DNA of 64,000 nucleotides from Chamaesiphon sp. (GTDB lineage Bacteria > Cyanobacteriota > Cyanobacteriia > Cyanobacteriales > Chamaesiphonaceae): positions 32,001-96,000 of the forward strand of contig CBDFFH010000027.1 of assembly GCA_965246715.1 (NCBI GenBank), read 5' to 3'. A program made the translations under genes and the position numbers. This document shows, piece after piece, positions 52,395-62,403 of this stretch. The notes under the pieces are model-generated. The model did no database searches, was not told the origin of the DNA, and was given only the letters and a program-made list of their open reading frames with translations. Positions within the stretch are counted from its first letter, which is position 1, and the number at the start of each line of letters is the position of its first letter.

Positions 52395-52537
52395 AGTTGT
52401 GTCACCTCAGCGTTGTAAAAGTTGAATACAGTCAATTTTGTAGTCATGATTTTCCTGTTATTGTTTAATGAATTTCGTATATCGGCGATCGAGTGGCTAG
52501 ATTTGATCGCCTTCAACCCTCACCAATCTCGCCCGTC

Positions 52538-52738
52538 TCATCTCAAATCGAAGTAATTGAGTTTGTTCGTTATCTGCTCGCCAATGTCCCAAACTCCTTC
52601 GGCTGCCCAAGTAGCGCGAAATGCTTCATAATCCAAATGATTGGCAGCATCAGCAGAGCGATCGCATAAAGCACGAATCGCCGCTTCGTCTACTAGTTGA
52701 TGTAGCATGGCATTGTCGGTCACGTTTGGCTCTACCAT
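52538..52738 (-). pseudogene. Truncated SnoaL/NTF2-like gene
   Basis: LVDEAAIRAL..WAAEGVW, then premature end. Confidence 0.55.
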
Positions 52739-52821
52739 GATTTTTCTTGTCCTTTTTTCTAGTTTTCAGCGATTATAATGGCAGTAATTTAGCTTTCACA
52801 GAAATATTTTTACGACACCAT

Positions 52822-53208
52822 TTAATGAGGCAGACTAGTTACTTGAAAAGCTACTACACGCCAACGATCGGGCTGCCGTAGCCAGACTCGGATAATCCGG
52901 TAGAGTCCGCGATCGGTTTTGCCTTTATATGTTTCATTCACATCCCAAGTTGCCGTGACGATCGCGGTATTTTCGTGAATTCGGACTAAAATATCGCTGG
53001 GATTGATATATTCCATTTGAACTAGCTTCTGTGCTAAGTTCTCTAGATAAGTTGCGCGATCGACGACTTCACCAACAGGGCTGGTATACAAGAAGTCATC
53101 GGTCAAAAAATCATCGAAGGTTTCAGCATCATTTTTGATATAAACATCAATCCATTCCTGCTCCGCAGCCATCACTTCTCTTGTTACATCGGATTCAGCG
53201 ATGTTCAT
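52822..53208 (-). CDS. NTF2-like (DUF4440) protein
   Basis: LTDDF, VRIHENTAIV, WRVVAFQ. Confidence 0.8.
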   Translation of the reverse strand: MNIAESDVTREVMAAEQEWIDVYIKNDAETFDDFLTDDFLYTSPVGEVVDRATYLENLAQKLVQMEYINPSDILVRIHENTAIVTATWDVNETYKGKTDRGLYRIIRVWLRQPDRWRVVAFQVTSLPH

Positions 53209-53308
53209 ATTCTGTCTGCTCCTATCTCAAAATATGTAAGTTGTTGACAACGATCGTTCGCCATTAGCGCGATTGAATTGCACTAGACTAATTTGCATCG
53301 TAACTAAG

Positions 53309-53737
53309 TTATGGTTGCAAATTCTTCAGCCGCTTGCGCTCTAGAGAATAAGCAATACCCAGCAATATGAAAATAACCACATCAACAATTGGTTGAAATG
53401 GAACTGCATTTGCAGCAAACTCTGGATCGATTAGTGCGGTTCCAGGAAAAAACACGCTACCTAGTTGCGTAATCCAGTAAGCAGATGCAAATACCAATGC
53501 GGCTCTAAGCTGAACCTTCTGAGCTGAAATATCTCGTGCCGATCGCCATGTAAACCAGAGCGTACTCGTGCCTAGCACTACAGCCAGCAGCATTGTTTGT
53601 GCATTATGAAACTTAGCATGTGGAGTCCAATGTGGATTATAAATATGTGTTTGATTCCAATCAAATACATATGGGCTAATTATGGTAAACACCGCAACAA
53701 ATGTAATAATTGACCTACCAGCTCGGATGTTTCTCAT
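53309..53737 (-). CDS. Conserved membrane protein (DUF6640-like)
   Basis: DWNQTHIYNPHWTPHAKFH. Confidence 0.6.
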   Translation of the reverse strand: MRNIRAGRSIITFVAVFTIISPYVFDWNQTHIYNPHWTPHAKFHNAQTMLLAVVLGTSTLWFTWRSARDISAQKVQLRAALVFASAYWITQLGSVFFPGTALIDPEFAANAVPFQPIVDVVIFILLGIAYSLERKRLKNLQP

Positions 53738-53752
53738 ATTACTCCCTACTAT

Positions 53753-54100
53753 TTAATCCTCTACAATGCCATTTATATCGGCAGTAAATTCCACCGTATA
53801 AAGGTGTTGGTCGGCACTAATTAATAAATCTTTATTAACTTCCCGCAACCTCAGATACTCAGCATCCCGATGACTGGCTTCAAACGCTGCTTGACTTTCC
53901 CACTGGGTATAATTGACAACGCGCACACCATCAATACTCCGATGGATGCTTGAAGCAATAAATCCAGGTTGTTTCCGCATTACTGTGTCGAGTTCCGATC
54001 GCAGTGCAGCTAGCAAAGCTGCTTGTTTTTCTGCTGCAACTGTAAAGACATTCACCATCGTGATGACTGGATTGCTCTTTTTGATTGTGATGCGATTCAT
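53753..54100 (-). CDS. Antibiotic biosynthesis monooxygenase (ABM) family protein
   Basis: QPGFI..HRSIDG..VNYTQWES. Confidence 0.85.
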   Translation of the reverse strand: MNRITIKKSNPVITMVNVFTVAAEKQAALLAALRSELDTVMRKQPGFIASSIHRSIDGVRVVNYTQWESQAAFEASHRDAEYLRLREVNKDLLISADQHLYTVEFTADINGIVED

Positions 54101-54177
54101 AATTTAATTTCTCCTTGAATTTTTAGAGGTTTGCCCGATCGAATAACTCCTCAATCTTCACCAAAGGTGATGTGAAG

Positions 54178-54912
54178 CTACAAAATACCACCGTTAGCTT
54201 GAATATTCTGTCCTGTCACCCAATGGGCATCATCACTGACCAAAAACGCCACCACATCCGCGATATCTCCTGGTTGTCCCAAGCGTCCGAGGGGTGTTTG
54301 TTGAATCAGCGGATCGATCGCAGCTTGAGGCATCGTTAACCCATCCGTATCGGTGACACCTGGAGAGATGACATTGACCGTTACCTGACGATGCCCGATT
54401 TCTTTAGCCAGAGCGAAAGCAAATCGTTCGCCTGCGGCTTTACTGGCGGCATAAATACCACCAGTTGGAATCGGCATCATCGTCCCACCAGTCGAGAATT
54501 GGACGATCCGACCGCTATCTTTCACGCGATTAGCGGCTGCTTGCAACATATACATCGCACCCTTGGCATTGACCGAAAATACTTTGTCAAAGTCCTCGTC
54601 AGTTAATTCGGTATGGGGCTTAAATACCGATACTCCTGCCACATTCACAACGATATCGATATCGCCTAATTTCTGTTCGGTTTCATCAAACAAGCGCAGC
54701 ACGTCAGCTCGATCTGCCACACTGCCTTGAATTGCGATCGCTCGTCCACCCTGCGATTCAATCTCTTGGACTACAGCGTGAGCTTTGTCGGGGGAAGCGA
54801 TATAGTTGACTGCAACTGTTGCACCATCTTTACTCAAGCGTAAAGCCACCGCTCGCCCAATCCCCCGCGATGAAGCCGTCACGATCGCCACTTTTCCGGT
54901 TAAATTTGTCAT
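54178..54912 (-). CDS. SDR oxidoreductase
   Basis: TASSRGIG, YAASK; paralog of 47204. Confidence 0.9.
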   Translation of the reverse strand: MTNLTGKVAIVTASSRGIGRAVALRLSKDGATVAVNYIASPDKAHAVVQEIESQGGRAIAIQGSVADRADVLRLFDETEQKLGDIDIVVNVAGVSVFKPHTELTDEDFDKVFSVNAKGAMYMLQAAANRVKDSGRIVQFSTGGTMMPIPTGGIYAASKAAGERFAFALAKEIGHRQVTVNVISPGVTDTDGLTMPQAAIDPLIQQTPLGRLGQPGDIADVVAFLVSDDAHWVTGQNIQANGGIL

Positions 54913-55097
54913 GAGTAGCCTCTTACTATTTTAAATTCTGTCTTTACAACAAATACTAAAAAATGGTTGAAGTATTCCTTTTGGGATATTACGGTCGATC
55001 GCCCAATCTCGAAATCAATCAAAAGAAAGATTTTTGAACCAAATTTGCTAAATTTAACCTCTACATTTCGATCGCGATTTTAAAAAGTATTGAGATT

Positions 55098-56303
55098 TTA
55101 AGTTGCCTCAGAGCGGGTGAGGTTTCGCACTTGAGACTTAAAGACTGCAACTACCAGCGCGATCGCGACTAAAATCCCGCCAGTCAGAGCATAGACTCCG
55201 CCTAAGCCGAGCGTTTTAGTAAATGGTTGACTGGCAATCGGCGATAGAAACTGTCCCAAAAACATCGCGGTGGAAAGACCGCCCAAAGCCAGACCCCGCT
55301 TGGTATCGGGGACGGCGGTACTGAGCCAAACTGTCATATTCGGCATTAAGATCCCCAGCCCCATTCCAGCGATTGCTAAACCAGCCAACACTTGCGCCCA
55401 GATCGAGCTTTGTCCGATGAGTAAATAGCCAATGCCCATCAAGCCAAAGATAATCGGTAGAAAACCAACAAAGTCTAGCCGCTGTCTGAGTTTGGCATAG
55501 CTTACAGAGGCTCCAGCACTAAATAACGTACATAAAGCGATCGCCATCCCACTTTGGGTAGGTTCAGCTTTGACTAAGCTCTCTAGGAAGAACGGCAACT
55601 GCACGGGAATGAGATAGAAAGCGAGTTGGCTGATTACTGTTAAACCATAAACGATCGCCATAATCGCGATCGGTAAAGCCTGAGTAGAGGTATTTGCCTT
55701 AGAATCGCGGGCGATCGAATGCTGCCGATCGGGTTCTAAGATAAATAGCGCGATCGCTGGGACAATCGCCCAAGCAAACAGATAGATGCCGAAGGGAAAA
55801 TGCCAATTTTGCTGTGCTAGAGTGCCTCCCAGCGTCAGGAACAACACCCCACCCAAACCCATCGAGCCTGCTTGCAAACCCATGAAGGCTGCTCGATCTG
55901 AGCCAGTATAGTAATCGGCAATCAGCGTCGTCGCGCTCACCATTACGCCAGCAACCGCCAATCCCAAACAGGCACGTCCGATTAAAATTGCGGTTAAATC
56001 GTTGAGGTACAGCCCCGAACTGCCTACTAGTCCATAGACAAACGTTGCAGATAATAGTAAGGTTTTGCGTCCATAACGATCGACGATCGCCCCGGCAATT
56101 AGCGAACCAATTACAATAAACAGTACGGGCATAGTAATCGTTAATTTGACTAATGTAGTTAGGGTGTCCCGATCGACACTCCCAGTTACAAAATGTTTGG
56201 TCATTGCGGGTAGAGCTGGCGAGACAGTTGCCCCAGACATCACCGTCAGGCTACTAGCCAATAACAGTGTTAATTTGGTCGTCCAAGTATTGGGATTTGA
56301 CAT
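55098..56303 (-). CDS. MFS transporter
   Basis: DRYGRK; about 12 hydrophobic segments. Confidence 0.9.
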   Translation of the reverse strand: MSNPNTWTTKLTLLLASSLTVMSGATVSPALPAMTKHFVTGSVDRDTLTTLVKLTITMPVLFIVIGSLIAGAIVDRYGRKTLLLSATFVYGLVGSSGLYLNDLTAILIGRACLGLAVAGVMVSATTLIADYYTGSDRAAFMGLQAGSMGLGGVLFLTLGGTLAQQNWHFPFGIYLFAWAIVPAIALFILEPDRQHSIARDSKANTSTQALPIAIMAIVYGLTVISQLAFYLIPVQLPFFLESLVKAEPTQSGMAIALCTLFSAGASVSYAKLRQRLDFVGFLPIIFGLMGIGYLLIGQSSIWAQVLAGLAIAGMGLGILMPNMTVWLSTAVPDTKRGLALGGLSTAMFLGQFLSPIASQPFTKTLGLGGVYALTGGILVAIALVVAVFKSQVRNLTRSEAT

Positions 56304-56350
56304 CAGTTAACTCTTTTTTATTAATAGTTACAACTCGATCTAATATCTTT

Positions 56351-57283
56351 TTAGCCGATCGATGACTGGAGATGTTCGAGTGGCTCTATATTATGAAAAT
56401 GAGCAAAATCAATATACCGATTGCGATCGTCAACGATGTGAATGATATCGACTAGTCGGTGATTCAAAACGATATGATGCGCGCCATAAGTGTGGCGAGA
56501 ATGCACATTTTGCGAGACAGTTTCATCCATCCCGCTTAATGCTGCGATAATCTGCGATTGAGAAGCAATCAAAGATTCAGCCGAAAAACCATATAGGGGA
56601 CTGTGCTCGTCGATCGGGTGCATCAATGTCCACGGGAGTGAGAAAGTGGGCGTATGGGAACGCGATAACGACAGTTGATAAAATCGCCTAATCTGTTGCC
56701 CTTCTGTAGTAACTTCATCCCGACTGAGGTAGATCGTCACCTGTGCTTCGAGAATCTGATTGCGCCGCTGATTGCCAGCTCGAAACATTAAAGTGGGCAG
56801 ATCGTTGTGGGGTGCAATTACGGCAAACTTACTAAAAATCACCTTGGCTGTCGGACGCGAAAACCGCGCAAAACTAATTCCCGTCAATAGTGCGAGTGCA
56901 AACAAACTGGCGATCGATTCGATCGTCACGATCGTATTGGCATAGGTAGTTTGCGGAGACATCACCCCATAACCGATCCCCGCAAAAGTCTGAACGCTAA
57001 AGAAAAAAGCATCTTCAAAGGAGCCAGGTTTACCATTGAGGATGCCATTTCCTCCCAGCAGAAATAGCCCCGCAAAGATAACATTCAAGCCCAAGTATAA
57101 ACAGCAAACAATAACGATAAAACCCCACCAAGGCAATGTCAACATCAAGTGGTAAGGTTCTTGCCAGTTTCGATACCATTTGTTGAGTCCCTGCACTGAA
57201 AATAGCCCATCTTCAACCTTGATATGGAGTCTATTTCTTGAAGATAATTGCGGCGATCGAATGCCAATTTTGGGAATTTTCAT
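56351..57283 (-). CDS. KirBac-type inward rectifier channel
   Basis: FFFSVQTFAGIGYG, FARFSRP, HPIDEHSPL. Confidence 0.9.
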   Translation of the reverse strand: MKIPKIGIRSPQLSSRNRLHIKVEDGLFSVQGLNKWYRNWQEPYHLMLTLPWWGFIVIVCCLYLGLNVIFAGLFLLGGNGILNGKPGSFEDAFFFSVQTFAGIGYGVMSPQTTYANTIVTIESIASLFALALLTGISFARFSRPTAKVIFSKFAVIAPHNDLPTLMFRAGNQRRNQILEAQVTIYLSRDEVTTEGQQIRRFYQLSLSRSHTPTFSLPWTLMHPIDEHSPLYGFSAESLIASQSQIIAALSGMDETVSQNVHSRHTYGAHHIVLNHRLVDIIHIVDDRNRYIDFAHFHNIEPLEHLQSSIG

Positions 57284-57284
57284 T

Positions 57285-57689
57285 TTAATTATTAGCAAGG
57301 ACTGAGGTAAATTTAGCGAAGTAGGCAGGATCGGCGATGCGATTAATTAGCAACATTTTTCCATCACTATTCACAATAGATCGATCGCCGAAATGTCCTT
57401 CTAACTCTTCACCGCTGAACTTAATCCGAATCTTCAAGACTTCATGATAGATAATGCGACCTGGGTAGACTTCAATCGGATTATAAGCCTGAGCCGATTT
57501 AAACTCGATTTTGGCAAAGATTGATTGCCAAGTTGTTGGGTTACAGAAGAATGCCGAACCTTCATGCGACTTATCATTGACAATATAAGCCAGTCCTGGA
57601 TGGAAAAGTTGGGCAATCGCCTGCGAGTTAGTTTGTTGTAATGCCGCAGCATAATCGTTAAGCCATTGCATACCAATAGATGTGGTCAT
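57285..57689 (-). CDS. Hypothetical NTF2-like protein
   Basis: 134 aa in a co-directional run. Confidence 0.5.
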   Translation of the reverse strand: MTTSIGMQWLNDYAAALQQTNSQAIAQLFHPGLAYIVNDKSHEGSAFFCNPTTWQSIFAKIEFKSAQAYNPIEVYPGRIIYHEVLKIRIKFSGEELEGHFGDRSIVNSDGKMLLINRIADPAYFAKFTSVLANN

Positions 57690-57733
57690 GAATTACTTCC
57701 GCTAATCGGTTTCCTGTCAACTTTCAATCTAAA

Positions 57734-58474
57734 TCAAACTAAAGCATCGCCGCCGTCTACGAGTAAAGTAGCTCCGGTGACAAAGCCATTACCCATCAAA
57801 AAAAGTACGGCATCAGCAATCTCTTCAGGTTTACCGATTCGCTGGACTGGCAACTTATTAGCGATCGCTTCGACAATTTCATCCCGCTGTTCGCCGAATA
57901 CTTTATCGAGCATTTCACTATCGATTACACCCGCACAAACTGTATTTACTCGAATTGGTGCTAACTCTACGGCTAAATTTCGGGCTACAGCTTCAATCCC
58001 AGCATTGGCAGCACCAGCAACGGCAAATCCAGGATAACCGCGCCGACCAGCCAACCCTGAAATAAAGGTAATCGAACCATTCATCCGAATTCGATCGCTG
58101 GTATGTTTCACTACCTGTAAAGCTCCCCAAATCTTGCTGTCTAAAGTCGGACGCAGTTTCTCGATCGTGGTTGCGGGTAAGGTAGCAGTGGTGGCATCTT
58201 GAGCGGAAATAAACAGGTGGTCGAAATCCCCAATCTTGGCAAATGCTTGGGATATGGCAGCTTCATCCATGATATCAATTGCGATCGCTCGAACATGCTC
58301 TCCAATCGCATCTTTGGCTCGATTCCGCAAAGCGGAGGCTACGCCAACGAGTTTAGATAGCGATCGTCCCAAAATGAAAATGCTTGCACCTTCACTATGC
58401 GCTAGTTTTGCCACTGCCAAGCCAATACCCGAACCACCGCCGACGATCGCTACAACCTTATTTGTTAATCGCAT
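57734..58474 (-). CDS. SDR oxidoreductase with 8-aa insertion
   Basis: GGGSGIG, LAPIRVN. Confidence 0.85.
   Translation of the reverse strand: MRLTNKVVAIVGGGSGIGLAVAKLAHSEGASIFILGRSLSKLVGVASALRNRAKDAIGEHVRAIAIDIMDEAAISQAFAKIGDFDHLFISAQDATTATLPATTIEKLRPTLDSKIWGALQVVKHTSDRIRMNGSITFISGLAGRRGYPGFAVAGAANAGIEAVARNLAVELAPIRVNTVCAGVIDSEMLDKVFGEQRDEIVEAIANKLPVQRIGKPEEIADAVLFLMGNGFVTGATLLVDGGDALV
58324..58347 (-). mobile_element. 24-nt small dispersed repeat in CG^ATCG
   Basis: CG[TTGGCGTAGCCTCCGCTTTGCGGA]ATCG; removal restores TCGATCGA (KLDRAK). Confidence 0.85.
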
Positions 58475-58581
58475 TTTTAACTCCTTCACCTAATGTCATC
58501 ACTCATCTTGCCTCAATTAAATAAGTAGATCGGGATAAAGATCGATCGGTGCGATCGCGCGGCCAAACAGAACGTAAGCTC

Positions 58582-59373
58582 TCAGTTAACCGTCGGCACA
58601 AAGCCACCATCAACTCGAATATTCGCACCATTGATATAGTCAGCTTTAGGACTGGCAATAAAGGCAACCGCGTTAGCAACATCTTCAACTCGTCCGAGTC
58701 GTCCCGATGGATTTGGTCCCCACTCCGCCACCAACTTCTGTTCGCGCTCCCCTTTATCTTTAGGAACTCCCGCCTCATCAGCCAGCTTGTCGATCATTTC
58801 TGTCCAGATGACTCCAGGACTGATAGCGTTGCTCGTCACACCTGTATTAGCCAGGGCATTGGCAAGCGAAACAGAAAGATTGACTACGGCTGCTTTTGAA
58901 GCAGCATAAGCACCCTGATAGACCAAGGGTTTACTGGCTTCGCCGCTGGCAATGGAGACGATCCTTCCCCAGCCCCGCTCCCGCATTCCTGGCGCAAGGC
59001 GATTGGTCAGCCGGACAATGCCAGCAACGTTGAGGTTATAGATTTCCATCCAGGTATCGGCATTTGTTTGAAACCAATCCCCCATCGGTGCAATGCCTGC
59101 ATTGTTGACTAAAATATCGATGCCGCCCAGGGTATTCTGTATTGCTGTGACAACGGCTTCTGCTCCTGCTTCTGTAGCTAGATCGCCCACTGCAATCGAC
59201 GCTCTCCCTCCTGCTGCAATGATTTCATTGGCAACTCGCTTGGCTGCGGTTTCTCTCCTGCCCTGCACGATAACGATCGCGCCTTCAGTTGCTAGCGTTT
59301 TGGCGATCGCTTCCCCAATGCCGCTAGTGCTGCCCGTCACAAGTGCTCGTTTGTCTTGAAGTTGTAAGTCCAT
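58582..59373 (-). CDS. SDR oxidoreductase
   Basis: TGSTSGIG, NNAG, YAASK. Confidence 0.9.
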   Translation of the reverse strand: MDLQLQDKRALVTGSTSGIGEAIAKTLATEGAIVIVQGRRETAAKRVANEIIAAGGRASIAVGDLATEAGAEAVVTAIQNTLGGIDILVNNAGIAPMGDWFQTNADTWMEIYNLNVAGIVRLTNRLAPGMRERGWGRIVSIASGEASKPLVYQGAYAASKAAVVNLSVSLANALANTGVTSNAISPGVIWTEMIDKLADEAGVPKDKGEREQKLVAEWGPNPSGRLGRVEDVANAVAFIASPKADYINGANIRVDGGFVPTVN

Positions 59374-59450
59374 CTTGGGTTCTCCTATTTCGATTAATCA
59401 GAAATCTCTTGACGATCGTGCCTGAAATCTAGCTGGTGGGCAGCGATGCG

Positions 59451-60494
59451 CTATGGAATAACACGATCGACTTGCAATTTCTGAAAGGAATTCAAGAACA
59501 TCTGTTCGGAGTCATAACAGTCAGAGAACCCATATTGTCGCGCTTTGAGTGTATCGGACATGATGTCATAATCGAGTGCAAAACAGGCATCGGCGTATGC
59601 CCAGGATGCAATCTCTTCAAATTTGTAGGGCTGAAGCTCGTAACGCTGAACGAGGGAATCCCACAAGGTAGACTTATCAGCCATGAACTCTACCAAGTTG
59701 AGCGGCTGGGGATAGCCTACCTCCAGACCAAAGTGGGTGGCGATTTTAGACCAAAGATGTTCCCAACGAAAGAAGTCTCCATTCGTGATATTAAAGGTTT
59801 GACCAGCACACTGTTCCTCGGTTGCTGACCAAACCATTGCTTTGGCTAGTAGCGTTGCATCAGTCACCTCAAACAATGTGGAGTAGGCTGCTTTCTTACC
59901 TGGAAACCGCAAAGGCAATCCTAATTCTCTTGAAATCACTGCATACATGGCGATCGCAGTTAAGAGATTCATCGGATTGCCAACAGCAAAACCGCAAACT
60001 GCGGAGGGTCGTAGTGCCGTCCAAGTCCAACCTGCTTGCTGGCTGTGCGATCGCAAATAATCTTCTTGGTCGTAATAAAAGTCCGGCGGCATGTGACGGG
60101 CATCGGTTTCTTTAGCTGGAGTTTTGTAAGCACCTAAATGAACGCCATATACTTTTCCGCCCTGCACGAGCACAACTCGATCCAGTGATGAAGATGTACT
60201 CTCAACTGCTTCAACCAGATGCTTGAGCAATGATAAGTTCACGGCACTTTCTCGAACGAGGCTTGCCTGTTGTTGATATGCTGCGAAAAAGATGTGGGTT
60301 ACATCCTTAACCTCTGTCAGTACCAGCTTACATGCCTCCGCATCTGTCAAATCCAAGCTGATATATGATACAGACGTTTCAAATTCTGGAGTACGACGTG
60401 AGATTGCTACAACGTCCCATTCTGATAATGTGCTCAGATAATTGGTCAATGCTCGTCCCGTAACTCCAAGTCCACCTGCAACTAGTGCCTTCAT
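59451..60494 (-). CDS. PRISE-family (progesterone 5-beta-reductase/iridoid synthase-like) SDR
   Basis: GGLGVTG, GGKVYG, FYYDQED, ALRP, FNITNGD. Confidence 0.8.
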   Translation of the reverse strand: MKALVAGGLGVTGRALTNYLSTLSEWDVVAISRRTPEFETSVSYISLDLTDAEACKLVLTEVKDVTHIFFAAYQQQASLVRESAVNLSLLKHLVEAVESTSSSLDRVVLVQGGKVYGVHLGAYKTPAKETDARHMPPDFYYDQEDYLRSHSQQAGWTWTALRPSAVCGFAVGNPMNLLTAIAMYAVISRELGLPLRFPGKKAAYSTLFEVTDATLLAKAMVWSATEEQCAGQTFNITNGDFFRWEHLWSKIATHFGLEVGYPQPLNLVEFMADKSTLWDSLVQRYELQPYKFEEIASWAYADACFALDYDIMSDTLKARQYGFSDCYDSEQMFLNSFQKLQVDRVIP

Positions 60495-60538
60495 TTCTCG
60501 GCTCCATAATTAAGTTAATTCAATTCATCGATCGCCCT

Positions 60539-61471
60539 TTAACTCAAGGAAATCACTAGCTTGCCACGGGTACGCCCACCTGCAACCTGCTCCTGCGCCT
60601 TTGCTGCGGTTTTCAGCGTAAAAACCTCTTGAATCGGTACTTGAATTCCACCCGCATCAGCGATCTTCCCAAGTTCATCTAAGATCCAAGCTTCAGGACG
60701 ACCTCCCGTATACCAGCCTTGAATGCCGCGCTCCATTGGCGGACCCAGCTTCTCTTCGCCACTAATCCAGCAGAGCTTGCCACCATCGCGGATTGCCCCA
60801 GGAGCGCATCGCTTAGTTTCGCCACCAATACAGGACAAGACTGCATCCACACCGCCTGGATGAAGTATTTTTACCGCCTCCACCCAATCACCCTGCGTGT
60901 AATCGATAACGGCATCTGCTCCCAGTTGTTGAAGGAATTCATGATTGCGGGCTGAGGCTGTAGCAATTACACGAGCACCGAGGTAATGACACAGTTGAAC
61001 GGCAATGCTCCCCACCCCACCCGATGCCGCTGCGATCGCGATCGTTTCATCTCGCTGCACTTTGAGGGCTTCCATGATGGCAAGATAGGCAGTTAATCCG
61101 ACGCAGGGTAAGCCAGCCGCTTCTTCAAAACTCAGCGATCGCGGTTTATGTGCGGTATAAGCTGCGGACACGCTGACAAACTCAGCGTAGGTGCCATTGC
61201 CACCCAGCTTATAGCCAAAGACCTCATCGCCAACCTTGAACGCTGTGACTTCATCCCCAACTTTGACCACAATGCCAGAGAAATCTGACCCCATGACCGA
61301 CGGAAACACGTTCGTACCCATATAGCCGTCGCGGAACATCGTATCGACCAAGTTAACACCAGCAGCTTTGACTTGCACCAGTAGATCGCTAGCACCAATT
61401 TCTGGTACGGCAAGATCGGCAAGATGTAATTTGTCAGTCCCACCGTACTCAGTCACAAATATCGCTTTCAT
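60539..61471 (-). CDS. MDR/NADPH:quinone oxidoreductase
   Basis: GSDFSG, AASGGVG, TRGKLV. Confidence 0.9.
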   Translation of the reverse strand: MKAIFVTEYGGTDKLHLADLAVPEIGASDLLVQVKAAGVNLVDTMFRDGYMGTNVFPSVMGSDFSGIVVKVGDEVTAFKVGDEVFGYKLGGNGTYAEFVSVSAAYTAHKPRSLSFEEAAGLPCVGLTAYLAIMEALKVQRDETIAIAAASGGVGSIAVQLCHYLGARVIATASARNHEFLQQLGADAVIDYTQGDWVEAVKILHPGGVDAVLSCIGGETKRCAPGAIRDGGKLCWISGEEKLGPPMERGIQGWYTGGRPEAWILDELGKIADAGGIQVPIQEVFTLKTAAKAQEQVAGGRTRGKLVISLS

Positions 61472-61558
61472 AATTTTCTCCCTGTATTTAGAGTGTTCTC
61501 AAAATGGATGTGGTTACTCGCTTTCGTTCCGTTAAGCTATTCACAACGGAAGCCTGAA

Positions 61559-62329
61559 TTAGGCATCTTTGGGTTTGACCGATGAAACGATCGATAATCC
61601 CTCTAAGCCCATATCAAATGGCAGTTCGTCGATTACCCGCCGCTTCAATTTGCGCGTGAACATCAGCCGAGTGTAGCGGCGAGTGAAGGGATCGAGGCGT
61701 AGCAATTGTTCGGCCAACTCATTGGCTCTGGCAATCAGTTTGTCACGGGGATGAACCTCATTGACCATACCTATTTGCAACGCCTCTGTCGCAGTCAGCT
61801 TCTGCATTGTCAACAGAAAGTAATGTGCCCGCACATCGCCCATTGCGTGTGGGTAGAGAATCTGTACTCCATCAGCAGGCACAACGCCGCCCCCGACCGA
61901 TAAATGCTGATTATCCTGAAAGTACGCCTCCTCAGCCGCCAGAATAATGTCAGCCATCAGCGCATACTCACCGTGAATCCGCGCTGGACCATTCACCGCT
62001 GAGATCACCGGAACGCTAATGTCGAGAAAATTATAGATAAGCTGACGCGCTTCGGTAAGGATGGCATACCAGCCCGCAGGTTTTGTAATGTCGCCCACTG
62101 TGGAAAAGTCGATTTCGCTAATCCACTCATCGCCAGCACCCGTAAAGATAACAACCTCATTTTGTCGATCGCGGGCAATCTCACCAAACGCCTCGGCAAA
62201 CTCTCGGTGTGCTGTCCCTGTATGAATATGCGAACCGCCATTGGTATGCATGGCGATCGTCAAAATGCCAGAGTCGGTGCGCTCCAGTTTCAGGTTTTCG
62301 TACTTATTTTGATAGTCTGCAAATGTCAT
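61559..62329 (-). CDS. Crotonase-family protein, beta-diketone hydrolase-like
   Basis: AVNGPARIH, QDNQH..VPADG. Confidence 0.8.
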   Translation of the reverse strand: MTFADYQNKYENLKLERTDSGILTIAMHTNGGSHIHTGTAHREFAEAFGEIARDRQNEVVIFTGAGDEWISEIDFSTVGDITKPAGWYAILTEARQLIYNFLDISVPVISAVNGPARIHGEYALMADIILAAEEAYFQDNQHLSVGGGVVPADGVQILYPHAMGDVRAHYFLLTMQKLTATEALQIGMVNEVHPRDKLIARANELAEQLLRLDPFTRRYTRLMFTRKLKRRVIDELPFDMGLEGLSIVSSVKPKDA

Positions 62330-62403
62330 TTTGGTGTCCTCCAAAGAACTAAAAGTCAGTCATCGATCGTTATCTAGTCTTGAGAAAAATCTGCTGCCAA
62401 ACC

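Noticed and set aside
52822..54912. SnoaL/ABM/SDR genes as a polyketide biosynthetic cluster
   Set aside because: No PKS, NRPS, terpene synthase or precursor peptide in the window.
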